Shown here one piece after another: positions 19,229 to 27,564 of a DNA stretch of 64,000 bases. This stretch comes from Gammaproteobacteria bacterium (lineage in GTDB: Bacteria > Pseudomonadota > Gammaproteobacteria > Steroidobacterales > UBA11654), in the NCBI GenBank assembly GCA_029242945.1, contig JAQWSZ010000049.1, forward strand, positions 6,320-70,319. The letters run 5' to 3'. The first letter of the stretch is position 1; each line of letters opens with the position of its first letter. The translations under genes and the position numbers were made by a program. The notes beneath the pieces were generated by a model. The model was not told the DNA's origin. It worked only from the letters and a program-made list of their open reading frames with translations, and ran no database searches.

Positions 19229-19891
19229 TTAACTGTCTAACAACCTTTTCAGTCCTAATACAGATGAGTCAGGTGTTGTAAGAACTTTCAACTCAGGATT
19301 TTCTGCTTTGATACTTGGCAATGCAGAAGCCATAGAAAATTGACCCAAAATAATTGTGCTGTCATCTTTCTGATTCAATGCAATACTTGAAATCAATTTG
19401 TTGTGCTCATCTAATAAACCACTTTGTAGTAAATTTAGAGCTTCTTTTACGTAAAGTCCTTCAACCTCTATTTCAATATTAGACTCTTTCATCATAGTTT
19501 TTATTTCTTTAGTCAATAAATCTAATGAAGGTAAGAATGTGACCAATAACTTTATTTTTTGCTTCAATTGTATGGCCTCATAAAATGCGGCTTCATTGGG
19601 TCTAAAAATTGGAATATTATATTGTTCTTTTACTAGGTTGATTTCATCGCCAAATGCAGAGCAAGTATATAAAATGGCATCAGTATTCTCAGTCACAGCT
19701 ATTTTTGCTAACTCACTAATTCTTTGACTAATTGTATGTTCATTTTGACCAAGATTACGATCTATTGACAAAGATAGATCAGAATAATTACTTAAAACTG
19801 CATCAGGCCAAAGATGTTGAAAAGATTTCCAAATAGGTTCTTTAGATTCTTCTAATGCATGAATAAGAGCTATTTTTTTGGCACCCTTCAT
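19229..19891 (-). CDS. Asp/Glu/hydantoin racemase-fold protein
   Basis: 220 aa. ILYTCSAFG and ILGQFSMAS align with the two active-site segments of this fold. Only the first carries Cys. Confidence 0.6.
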   Translation of the reverse strand: MKGAKKIALIHALEESKEPIWKSFQHLWPDAVLSNYSDLSLSIDRNLGQNEHTISQRISELAKIAVTENTDAILYTCSAFGDEINLVKEQYNIPIFRPNEAAFYEAIQLKQKIKLLVTFLPSLDLLTKEIKTMMKESNIEIEVEGLYVKEALNLLQSGLLDEHNKLISSIALNQKDDSTIILGQFSMASALPSIKAENPELKVLTTPDSSVLGLKRLLDS

Positions 19892-19895
19892 TTGT

Positions 19896-21632
19896 TCACT
19901 TCTTAGGAATAATAGGTACTAAAAGATAAGGAGCCTGATCTGGATTAAATTGAATTGTTGTTTTCCCATCAAAAGTAGCATTTCTGTCTAATGGATCATT
20001 ATGCAGAAAGGGTCCGCATCCAGTGAGTTGATTTTTAAAATTAGATAAAGTTTGATTCTCAGCTAAAGGATATTCATAGTCTTTACCTTGTATGGATAAA
20101 ACTAAATAATAATTTTCTGGTATTACTATAGATGTTGGCCATATTTCGATATCCATCTCTACAGTTTCATTCGGCTCCAAAGGCCATGATTCATCGTGTG
20201 TATGAAAAGGTCTCCAAGGTTTAGACTCCACTCGATCTAATTTTCGATGGGAAGCTCTAAGCCAGCCTTGTGCAATAGGAGTATTAGGGTCCACAGCCCC
20301 CTGGTAAACAATTTCATTATCTGTAGGCCCAAATAAACGAAGCACTACAAAGATATCAGCATCGTTAGTTGAAGAAGAGACAAATATTTTTAGTGCCAGT
20401 GGTCCTGTAATCTCAGTTTCTTTTTTGAATGGTTCTGAACGAAAATCAATCCCTTCTCCCATTGCATTGAAAACTAAACTATTTGACTCTTTTTCTTCAT
20501 ATTCTGCTGATATTTTTTTATCTGAACTTAAATATAATTTCTTCCACTGAGTTCTTTCAATGGGCCACTGCTCTTCATTTCTTTGCTGAAAACCATTCAA
20601 ATGCCTAACCTGTAATTGAACTTTTGGTTGATTAACCCAATCATTATTCTCGCCTTTAAGAAAATGACCAAAAAATCTTTTTTGTAATTTAACCCCATAG
20701 TCAGTATAAAATTCAGTCCAATGCTCTAACCCATGAATTTCAAGCCATTTCTGATTGGATGCTGCTCTTAAATAACCTTCAGTATTTCCTCTTAAATGAA
20801 GTCCTTGCCCACCCCAATTGGCTGCTGACAAAAGAGGAACTTTGATATTCTCCCAAACTGCTGATCGCTCATGATGATAATCATCTTCCAATGGATGATC
20901 TCTAATTTCATCACCAAACTGACATCTATTTAAAATCAATTCTTCTTCTGTTAGTGTTTCATTTCCACAAATTAATTCGCCAGTTAACTCGTTTCTAGGT
21001 CCATTTTCACCTAAGCCATATTGAACTGTTTTTACTTGCATATCGAACCAATTAGCCCAAAAAGTACTCAAAATACCACCGTGGTGTGTCATGTCTCTGT
21101 ACCAGTCGCTTGCCCCTTCCCAAATACAAATCGCCTCTAAATACTTAGGCTGTTTTGAAGCCACCAGCCATTGATTGATACCAAAATAGGAAACACCATT
21201 TAGACCTACTTTTCCATTACTCCATTCCTGTTCGCCTGCCCATTCAATGCAATTGGAGAAATCCAATGTTTCTCTAGGTGAAAAGTGATCAACATAGCCT
21301 GGAGAACAACCACAGCCCCTAGAATCAACTCTGATACAAATATAACCATCAGGTACCCATTTCTCGGGATCCACAACTTCCCAGTTTTGATACTTATTGG
21401 TTGAACCATGAGTGACATCAGGATGTTTCTCTGCCATTCTATCCCAAGCACTAGGATAACCTTGCTGAAAAGGAAGGCCTTTTGCATAAGGGCCATAAGT
21501 CATTAAGACAGGATATTGTCCAGTTCCGATAGGTCTAAAAATATCTGCTCGTAATATTAAACCATCGTCCATCTTAATTGGATGATTCCATTCAATTTGC
21601 ATACCATCTCTTATTTCTGATTTCTGCTTCAT
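19896..21632 (-). CDS. CocE/NonD-family hydrolase (S15 X-Pro dipeptidyl-peptidase/acyl esterase type)
   Basis: 578 aa. Blocks YPVLMTYGPY and DSRG, the nucleophile elbow GVSYFG, and a long C-terminal beta domain. Confidence 0.8.
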   Translation of the reverse strand: MKQKSEIRDGMQIEWNHPIKMDDGLILRADIFRPIGTGQYPVLMTYGPYAKGLPFQQGYPSAWDRMAEKHPDVTHGSTNKYQNWEVVDPEKWVPDGYICIRVDSRGCGCSPGYVDHFSPRETLDFSNCIEWAGEQEWSNGKVGLNGVSYFGINQWLVASKQPKYLEAICIWEGASDWYRDMTHHGGILSTFWANWFDMQVKTVQYGLGENGPRNELTGELICGNETLTEEELILNRCQFGDEIRDHPLEDDYHHERSAVWENIKVPLLSAANWGGQGLHLRGNTEGYLRAASNQKWLEIHGLEHWTEFYTDYGVKLQKRFFGHFLKGENNDWVNQPKVQLQVRHLNGFQQRNEEQWPIERTQWKKLYLSSDKKISAEYEEKESNSLVFNAMGEGIDFRSEPFKKETEITGPLALKIFVSSSTNDADIFVVLRLFGPTDNEIVYQGAVDPNTPIAQGWLRASHRKLDRVESKPWRPFHTHDESWPLEPNETVEMDIEIWPTSIVIPENYYLVLSIQGKDYEYPLAENQTLSNFKNQLTGCGPFLHNDPLDRNATFDGKTTIQFNPDQAPYLLVPIIPKK

Positions 21633-21635
21633 TTA

Positions 21636-22529
21636 CTATTTGCCTTTTTTTGATTTTAATTTATTGTTTAAATAATTCACTACAGCCACAGCATCTTTAT
21701 CTCCCATATTACCCTTTTCAATAGCTTCAGAATAACTTCTCAATGTGGATGCTGTTGTCGGTAAATCAAGATCTAAGGTTTGTGCTGTAGCCAATATAGA
21801 ATTTATATCTTTTTCCATGCTTTTCATATCAAAAGCCACAGGAAGATCAACTCCTAAAATGGTGGGTATTTTCATAGATAGCACTGCTAATGCTGCAGAA
21901 CTATCAGCAATAGCATCAAGCATTAAATCTTCATCCAACCCCCCTGATGCTCCTAAACTGATTGCTTCTGCAAGGGACTGCCAGTAAACCGCTAAAGGTA
22001 AATTTACAACAAGCTTTAATAAAGCACCAGAACCAACATCACCAGCATGGATAATTCTTCTAGAGAGAATTTCTAACAATGGTCTTACCCGCTCGATCAC
22101 TGCAGCTTCCCCACCACAGAAAAACATTAATTTGCCTTCGGCGGCAGGAGCAACTGTCCCAGATACAGGGGCATCTATGAAATCAGCTCCTTGCTTAATG
22201 GCTGCGTTGGAGAGTATTTTTACTGTTTCAACTTGCAAAGTACTCATATCGATAAATATTTTTCCTTCTACATTAGTACTTAGCAAACCTTTGTCATCAA
22301 AAAAAACAGATTGTATGGCTTTATCATTGCTGAGCATGGTGAAAATAAATTCCGAAGAATCACATGCCTCTTGTGGAGTTGATGCTAAATGAGCACCGTC
22401 ATCAACCAAAGCGATGGTCTTTTTTGCATTACGATTATATACAGTAAGCTGATGACCTGCTTGTAGAAATAAAGGAGCCATCACTATACCCATTTTACCC
22501 AAACCAAGAAAACTAATTGTTTTTTTCAT
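21636..22529 (-). CDS. NAD(P)-dependent oxidoreductase, 3-hydroxyisobutyrate dehydrogenase-like
   Basis: ISFLGLGKMGIVMA Rossmann motif, then DAPVSG and GSGALLKLVVN blocks. Confidence 0.85.
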   Translation of the reverse strand: MKKTISFLGLGKMGIVMAPLFLQAGHQLTVYNRNAKKTIALVDDGAHLASTPQEACDSSEFIFTMLSNDKAIQSVFFDDKGLLSTNVEGKIFIDMSTLQVETVKILSNAAIKQGADFIDAPVSGTVAPAAEGKLMFFCGGEAAVIERVRPLLEILSRRIIHAGDVGSGALLKLVVNLPLAVYWQSLAEAISLGASGGLDEDLMLDAIADSSAALAVLSMKIPTILGVDLPVAFDMKSMEKDINSILATAQTLDLDLPTTASTLRSYSEAIEKGNMGDKDAVAVVNYLNNKLKSKKGK

Positions 22530-22544
22530 GATAATTTAAAGGTA

Positions 22545-23858
22545 TTAATTACTATCTGGCACATAAGCTATCAAATCCAATGAAGTATTAGCTCCTTCAA
22601 TGCCTAATGAATGATTCAATCCAATTGTGGTTGATGCAGGTTTATCATCAGGAAAATAACTTGCCCAAGCTTCTATAGATTCAGCAAACCACTGCAGATC
22701 GTTATGAAAACACGCACGTCTTACAATATTTTCAACCGTTGTTCCAGCGGCCTCAGAAATTGCATTAATATTCTCCATCATATACCTCATTTGCATCTGA
22801 GCAGGTCTTCCATACCATGGTGCTGCTGGATTCCTAATCATTCCTTCTGCTATTTTACCACTATTATCAAAAGCCATTTGAGTACTAAAAAACAATAAAT
22901 TTCCAACTTTTACAGCTTGTGATTCATGTCCCATAGGAATTGGAGCATTGGAGGTCTCAATAATGTCTTTCTGCAACTTACTATCATTACTCAATAGTAT
23001 CAATGAGGCTTCAACTTTAATGTCATTTGCATTCATACCTGAATGAGGAAGAACAAATCGAGCAGGAGGATTATTAGGAAACCATTTTTTCCATATCTTA
23101 TCAACAACCGCAAAATCCCTTGTATCGCCAATAAATAATTCTGCTTTAATCGCTTGATCTAAACTGCTACCCGTTTTTTCTGCGATTTTTAATAGTTTTT
23201 CCATCAAACACTCTGTTTGATCCTCAATTGATACAGAAGAAGTATCTTTACTCATTCCATTCTGATTACTAATAAAAATCCAGTCTCCTTTTCTAACAGC
23301 ATCTGTTTGCGCTGAAGCATTTTCTAATCCATCAGCTTCCAATGAATAATAAGTGGAATTGCCTTGATTGGTTAGACAAATAACCTCTAATTCAATCTGT
23401 GTACCAACCCACATTAGTTCACCAATTCCTATAGAAGATCTTGGAGGTAAATAATCTTTAAAATTATTATTCATAGATGACTCATATGGTCTAATATCTA
23501 ATTGATGATGGTTATCACCCAATAAAAAATCGTTCTGATTGGGACGATCCGATACAAACCACTCCCATAGTTTAACCGTATCATTTTTCATATTACAGCC
23601 AGCTGCTTGTAGTGTTTGAGCCATATTTCTAAATACAAACTCAGATTGAAGTTCCAAACCACTGATTCCATTTTTACTATTTGGAATGACTTCTTTTGGA
23701 AGGCCAGTTTTGAAATCACTGGCCAATTGACCAGCGACGAAAATCCAATCCCCCACCTTAATTGCAGGACTATAGGGCATAACTGGCTTAGGCACTCCGT
23801 CTTCCAATCCAGGCCAAATAGCTATTGGTTTTGTTATTTCTTTTGATTTATCACTCAT
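22545..23858 (-). CDS. Triple-domain RidA/YjgF-family protein (three RidA-like modules in one 437-aa chain)
   Basis: Three consecutive modules of about 110-140 aa. Each begins (V/I)(K/R)xGDWIF / VKVGNLLFFS and ends with a beta-strand (IELEVICL; VEASLILL; LDLIAYV), as in single-domain RidA. Confidence 0.75.
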   Translation of the reverse strand: MSDKSKEITKPIAIWPGLEDGVPKPVMPYSPAIKVGDWIFVAGQLASDFKTGLPKEVIPNSKNGISGLELQSEFVFRNMAQTLQAAGCNMKNDTVKLWEWFVSDRPNQNDFLLGDNHHQLDIRPYESSMNNNFKDYLPPRSSIGIGELMWVGTQIELEVICLTNQGNSTYYSLEADGLENASAQTDAVRKGDWIFISNQNGMSKDTSSVSIEDQTECLMEKLLKIAEKTGSSLDQAIKAELFIGDTRDFAVVDKIWKKWFPNNPPARFVLPHSGMNANDIKVEASLILLSNDSKLQKDIIETSNAPIPMGHESQAVKVGNLLFFSTQMAFDNSGKIAEGMIRNPAAPWYGRPAQMQMRYMMENINAISEAAGTTVENIVRRACFHNDLQWFAESIEAWASYFPDDKPASTTIGLNHSLGIEGANTSLDLIAYVPDSN

Positions 23859-23943
23859 TAATTCACCATTGATAATTCATTGCCATAAAGATATTACACA
23901 ATATTAAACAATGTTAATTGTTAAATTCCTCAAGATATAATAC

Positions 23944-23963
23944 TATTTATCAATTGATCAATA
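23944..23963. promoter_or_regulatory. Putative operator, copy D
   Basis: tatttatcaATtgatcaata, in the 131-nt divergent region between the triple-RidA operon and the LLM operon. Confidence 0.55.
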
Positions 23964-23989
23964 AATAAACTTCTCTAAAAATATAAAAA

Positions 23990-25066
23990 ATGAAATTATC
24001 ACTTTTTACAATGCCCTTGCATCCACCAGATAGAAACTACACAGAAGTTCTACGAGAAGACAGAGAAGCTATCATTCTGGCAGATCAATTGGGATTTGAA
24101 GAAGCTTTTATAGGAGAGCATGTCACTGATAAAGCAGAAGCAGTTACTTCCTGTCTTATATTCATTGCTAGCTTAATAAATGCCACAAAAACAATTAAAC
24201 TTGGCAGTGGAACTGTCAATCTTCCCAGTACTCACCCAGCAGCAGTAGCAGCTCAAGTTTCGATGATAGATAATATGTTGGAAGGTAGATTTATCTTTGG
24301 TATTAGCCCAGGTGGCCTTTTATCAGATGCTGAAATATTTGGAAATTTAGATAAAGACAGAACCGAGATGTTTGTTGAATCAATCAATCACATCTTAGAT
24401 ATTTGGGACAAAGAGGCTCCATATAACCTAGAAGGTAAATATTGGAATATTACAACTGAAAAAAACCTCGATAAAGAGACAGGACAAGGCATTATAGTGT
24501 CGCCTTTTCAAAAACCTCATCCACCTATTGTTGTTACTGTGGTAGCGCCTTTCTCAAAAGGAGTGGTAGCAGCTGCTCAAAGAGGATGGACTCCTATTTC
24601 AGCGAATTTCCTTCAACCAATATGGGTGGCTTCTCATTGGCCTATGTATCAAAAAGGTTGTGAACTGGGTGGTTATGAAGCAAAAACTGAAGATTGGAAG
24701 GTAGCTAAAAGTATTTTCGTAGCCGACGATGAAAAAACTGCTCAGCGCTATGGTAAAGGACCTGATGGCCCTTATCATTTTTATTTTAAACAAATAATGA
24801 AGAAACTAATTGGGAATGGTAGACCTGATTTATTTAAACATGACAGAGAGATGTCTGACTCAGATGTGACCCTTGACTATGTTCTTGACTCATTGGTAAT
24901 TGCAGGCACAGTAGATAGCGTCGTTGAACAAATTGAATCCTTTAGAGAAATTACTGGTGATTTTGGCACTCTTGTTTATGCAGCTCACGATTGGGTTGAA
25001 CCCGAACTTTCAAAAAGATCTATGGAGTTGATGTCAAAGGAAGTTATGCCTAAACTCAATCAATAA
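23990..25066 (+). CDS. LLM-class (luciferase-like) flavin-dependent monooxygenase/oxidoreductase
   Basis: 358 aa. MKLSLFTMPLHPP start, then EEAFIGEH and GRFIFGISPG blocks typical of LLM enzymes (LimB-like subgroup by eye). Confidence 0.8.
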   Translation: MKLSLFTMPLHPPDRNYTEVLREDREAIILADQLGFEEAFIGEHVTDKAEAVTSCLIFIASLINATKTIKLGSGTVNLPSTHPAAVAAQVSMIDNMLEGRFIFGISPGGLLSDAEIFGNLDKDRTEMFVESINHILDIWDKEAPYNLEGKYWNITTEKNLDKETGQGIIVSPFQKPHPPIVVTVVAPFSKGVVAAAQRGWTPISANFLQPIWVASHWPMYQKGCELGGYEAKTEDWKVAKSIFVADDEKTAQRYGKGPDGPYHFYFKQIMKKLIGNGRPDLFKHDREMSDSDVTLDYVLDSLVIAGTVDSVVEQIESFREITGDFGTLVYAAHDWVEPELSKRSMELMSKEVMPKLNQ

Positions 25067-25097
25067 GATTGAAACTAAAAGAATTAGGCTCACTATC

Positions 25098-26003
25098 ATG
25101 CAAGATACATCTTTTAAAATCGGAGTTGTTGGTTTAGGTATTATTGGATCTGCAATTTCAAAACACTTACTTTCAAGCAATAATCAAGTTATTGGTTTTG
25201 ATATTGATCAAACAAAATCTATTAAAAACAATGGAAAACAACTGAGTATTTGTTCAAGCCTCGAAGAGTTGTTGAATAGTTGTGAGGTCATTATAACTTG
25301 TTTACCAAGCGAAAAATCACTCAGCGATACTATTGATCAACTAGTTTCTATGAATATTTCAACAGTGAAAACTATCGTAGAAATGAGCACTCTTAGTATT
25401 GCTTGTAAGACTAAAAACAAAGAAAAATTAAACTCTTTGAGTACTTATTTATTAGATTGTCCGATTAGCGGAACAGGAGAACAAGCCTCTCAAGCTGATA
25501 TTGTGATTTATGCTAGTGGTAATGAACAAAACTATAAAGAAATTGAATCAATTTTTAGCTCTTTTTCTAAAGACTGCTTTTTTGTAGGAGACTTTGGTAA
25601 CGGTAGTAAAATTAAACTAATAGCGAATTTTTTAGTATCTATACATAACGTAGCATCTGCTGAAGCTATTTTATTGGCTGAACAAACTGGCATCAATCTT
25701 GATCAAATATTCGAAGTGATCTCCTCAGGTGCTGGTACTTCTAAGATATTTGAACTGCGAGCACCCATGATGATGAAAAGAGAATACAAACCAGCAACCA
25801 TGAAAATGAATGTCTGGAAAAAAGACATGGCTTTAATCAGAGAATTTATCAATCTTTATAATATTCCTACTCCTTTGTTTTCTGCCACAGAAGAACTTTA
25901 TAAGTCAGCCTCAGAGAAAGGCTTAGAGGATGAAGATACAGCAGCTGTTTACGAAATTTTACAAAGCATTAATCAAAAAACAGGAGATAAAAGTGACTCA
26001 TGA
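25098..26003 (+). CDS. NAD(P)-dependent oxidoreductase, 3-hydroxyisobutyrate dehydrogenase-like (second copy)
   Basis: IGVVGLGIIGSAIS Rossmann motif, then DCPISG and GNGSKIKLIAN blocks. Confidence 0.85.
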   Translation: MQDTSFKIGVVGLGIIGSAISKHLLSSNNQVIGFDIDQTKSIKNNGKQLSICSSLEELLNSCEVIITCLPSEKSLSDTIDQLVSMNISTVKTIVEMSTLSIACKTKNKEKLNSLSTYLLDCPISGTGEQASQADIVIYASGNEQNYKEIESIFSSFSKDCFFVGDFGNGSKIKLIANFLVSIHNVASAEAILLAEQTGINLDQIFEVISSGAGTSKIFELRAPMMMKREYKPATMKMNVWKKDMALIREFINLYNIPTPLFSATEELYKSASEKGLEDEDTAAVYEILQSINQKTGDKSDS

Positions 26004-26757
26004 AATTGATTTCCACATTCGTGGTAATGGTCAGCCAACTGTTTTTATTCATTCATTAGGACTTGATCATAAGTTATGGGACTTTTGTATCGAAGAATTA
26101 TCAGCAACATCTAAAACATTATCATATGACTTACCAGGTCATGGAAATAATCCCCCGCCAAGTCACTCATATGAAATAAAAAATCTCTCAAATGATCTTG
26201 TTGAGTCTCTGAAAAGACATGGCATAGTAAAAGCTAACTTTGTAGGTTTATCAATTGGTGGGATGATTGCTCAACATTTGGCTGCTAACAATCCTGAAAT
26301 AGTTGAAAAACTTGTTTTAATAGACACCACACCAACGTACTCTGAAGAATGGAAAAAAAATTGGGCAGAAAGAGCAAGTATTGCAAGAACTAGAGGTGTT
26401 AAGGTTATGCGGGAAAAGCTCTTAGAAGCATTCTTTACTACTGATTTTTTAACACAAGATTCTGCTGAAATTGAATATTGCAGATCAGCAATCAATTCTA
26501 TCTCAGCTGAAGGGTATGCACTAGCCTGTGAAGCATTAGCTTTAGGTGAAATGGAAAAATATGCTCCCTTGATAGTTGCCAATACATTAATTATGTGTGG
26601 TGATCAGGATAATATTCTGTTCAAGGAGGCAGTACATTGGTTTAATGAAAATATTCAAAATACAAAGGTAGAGTGGCTATCTCCTGCACAACATGTATCA
26701 CCACTTGAGTGTCAAAAAGATTTTATAATGCATTTAAAAAAGTTTTTAGAACTATAA
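25993..26757 (+). CDS. Alpha/beta hydrolase (3-oxoadipate enol-lactonase-like)
   Basis: I place the start at GTG 25993, with AGGAG 7 nt upstream and an 11-nt overlap with the preceding stop, rather than the ORF-track ATG at 25930. Canonical VFIHSLG oxyanion segment and GLSIGG nucleophile elbow. Confidence 0.8.
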   Translation: MTHEIDFHIRGNGQPTVFIHSLGLDHKLWDFCIEELSATSKTLSYDLPGHGNNPPPSHSYEIKNLSNDLVESLKRHGIVKANFVGLSIGGMIAQHLAANNPEIVEKLVLIDTTPTYSEEWKKNWAERASIARTRGVKVMREKLLEAFFTTDFLTQDSAEIEYCRSAINSISAEGYALACEALALGEMEKYAPLIVANTLIMCGDQDNILFKEAVHWFNENIQNTKVEWLSPAQHVSPLECQKDFIMHLKKFLEL

Positions 26758-26760
26758 ACC

Positions 26761-27450
26761 CTACAAATCTAATTCTTTTACACTAATAGCTTTTGCGCCT
26801 TCAAGCATTACTCTTACAGAACTAGTAACTATTGCCTCATAGTCAGCTAATACATTTGAATGATAGATATTTTTTCTCACAGCATAATAGAATAAACCGC
26901 CATGCATCACCCACAATCTCTCTAATTCAAGAGGAGTAATTGGTACTTTCTTTACATCAGGTAAATTACACTCCACTCTAATTTCTCCACATATTGGTTT
27001 TAAAAACTCATCCTCTGCTAACCTGATATACCTTCTATTAAGAGGCTTACCCATTAAACCCGAGAAAAAATATATTCTTATCCACTCATAACGATGAACT
27101 GTTGTGGCATATGAAAGATAAAAATCAACCAACCTTTGATCTAGTGGTACAGACCTATCCTTAATTTTTAGAGACCATTCAGGATTAATCCAATTTAAAA
27201 AAACTTCTTTATAGACGCGTTCTATTAGATCTTCTTTATTAGGAAAATATCGATATAAAAGTGGTTGAGTAATACCAATGCGTTTTGCTAAGTCTCTTGT
27301 TTTTCCTTCAAAGCCAACCTCAGCAAAAAACTGTACAGCTTCTTCAATTATTTCTTTCTCGCGGTCACTAGGTGTTAGTCTTTTCTTTGAGTTTGACTTT
27401 GGCTTTGTTTTTAATTTTAAATTTGTTTTTGGCATTCTATTTTTATCCAA
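26761..27450 (-). CDS. TetR/AcrR-family transcriptional regulator
   Basis: Lys-rich N-terminal tail, then the HTH segment EEAVQFFAEVGFEGKTRDLAKRIGITQPLLYRYFPNKEDL. It is the only regulator gene in the accessory half. Confidence 0.9.
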   Translation of the reverse strand: MDKNRMPKTNLKLKTKPKSNSKKRLTPSDREKEIIEEAVQFFAEVGFEGKTRDLAKRIGITQPLLYRYFPNKEDLIERVYKEVFLNWINPEWSLKIKDRSVPLDQRLVDFYLSYATTVHRYEWIRIYFFSGLMGKPLNRRYIRLAEDEFLKPICGEIRVECNLPDVKKVPITPLELERLWVMHGGLFYYAVRKNIYHSNVLADYEAIVTSSVRVMLEGAKAISVKELDL

Positions 27451-27564
27451 TATATCTAATCTTATATCAAGAAACTAAAAAATGTCTAAGTTGCACGAAT
27501 TTTATCTAGAATAACAATAGCTTTAATTAGCAAACTTAAAAAACTTCCTGATAAAACAAAGAGT

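Noticed and set aside
21206-21496. Same-strand alternative-frame ORF inside the CocE/NonD gene, considered as evidence of a frameshift or pseudogene.
   Set aside because: The 578-aa frame is uninterrupted and carries the family motifs from N- to C-terminus. The alternative frame shows no motif.
23907-23922. Small inverted repeat AACAAT-gtta-ATTGTT in the RidA/LLM divergent region, considered as a second operator.
   Set aside because: It is a single occurrence of a 6-nt arm in very AT-rich DNA, so a chance match is likely. No second copy was seen elsewhere in the window.
25930-25992. The ORF-track N-terminal extension of the alpha/beta hydrolase, which overlaps 74 nt of the preceding dehydrogenase gene.
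   Set aside because: GTG at 25993 has an AGGAG 7 nt upstream, and the hydrolase fold starts right there (THEIDFHIRGNGQPTVFIHSLG). The extension has no homology signal.
27451-27564. Looked for a copy of the 20-bp palindrome upstream of the TetR gene, which would indicate autoregulation.
   Set aside because: Only degenerate fragments are present (TTTATCTAGAATAA and an isolated TGATAAAA). They are not distinguishable from the AT-rich background, so no feature was called. The link between the TetR and the palindrome remains an inference.
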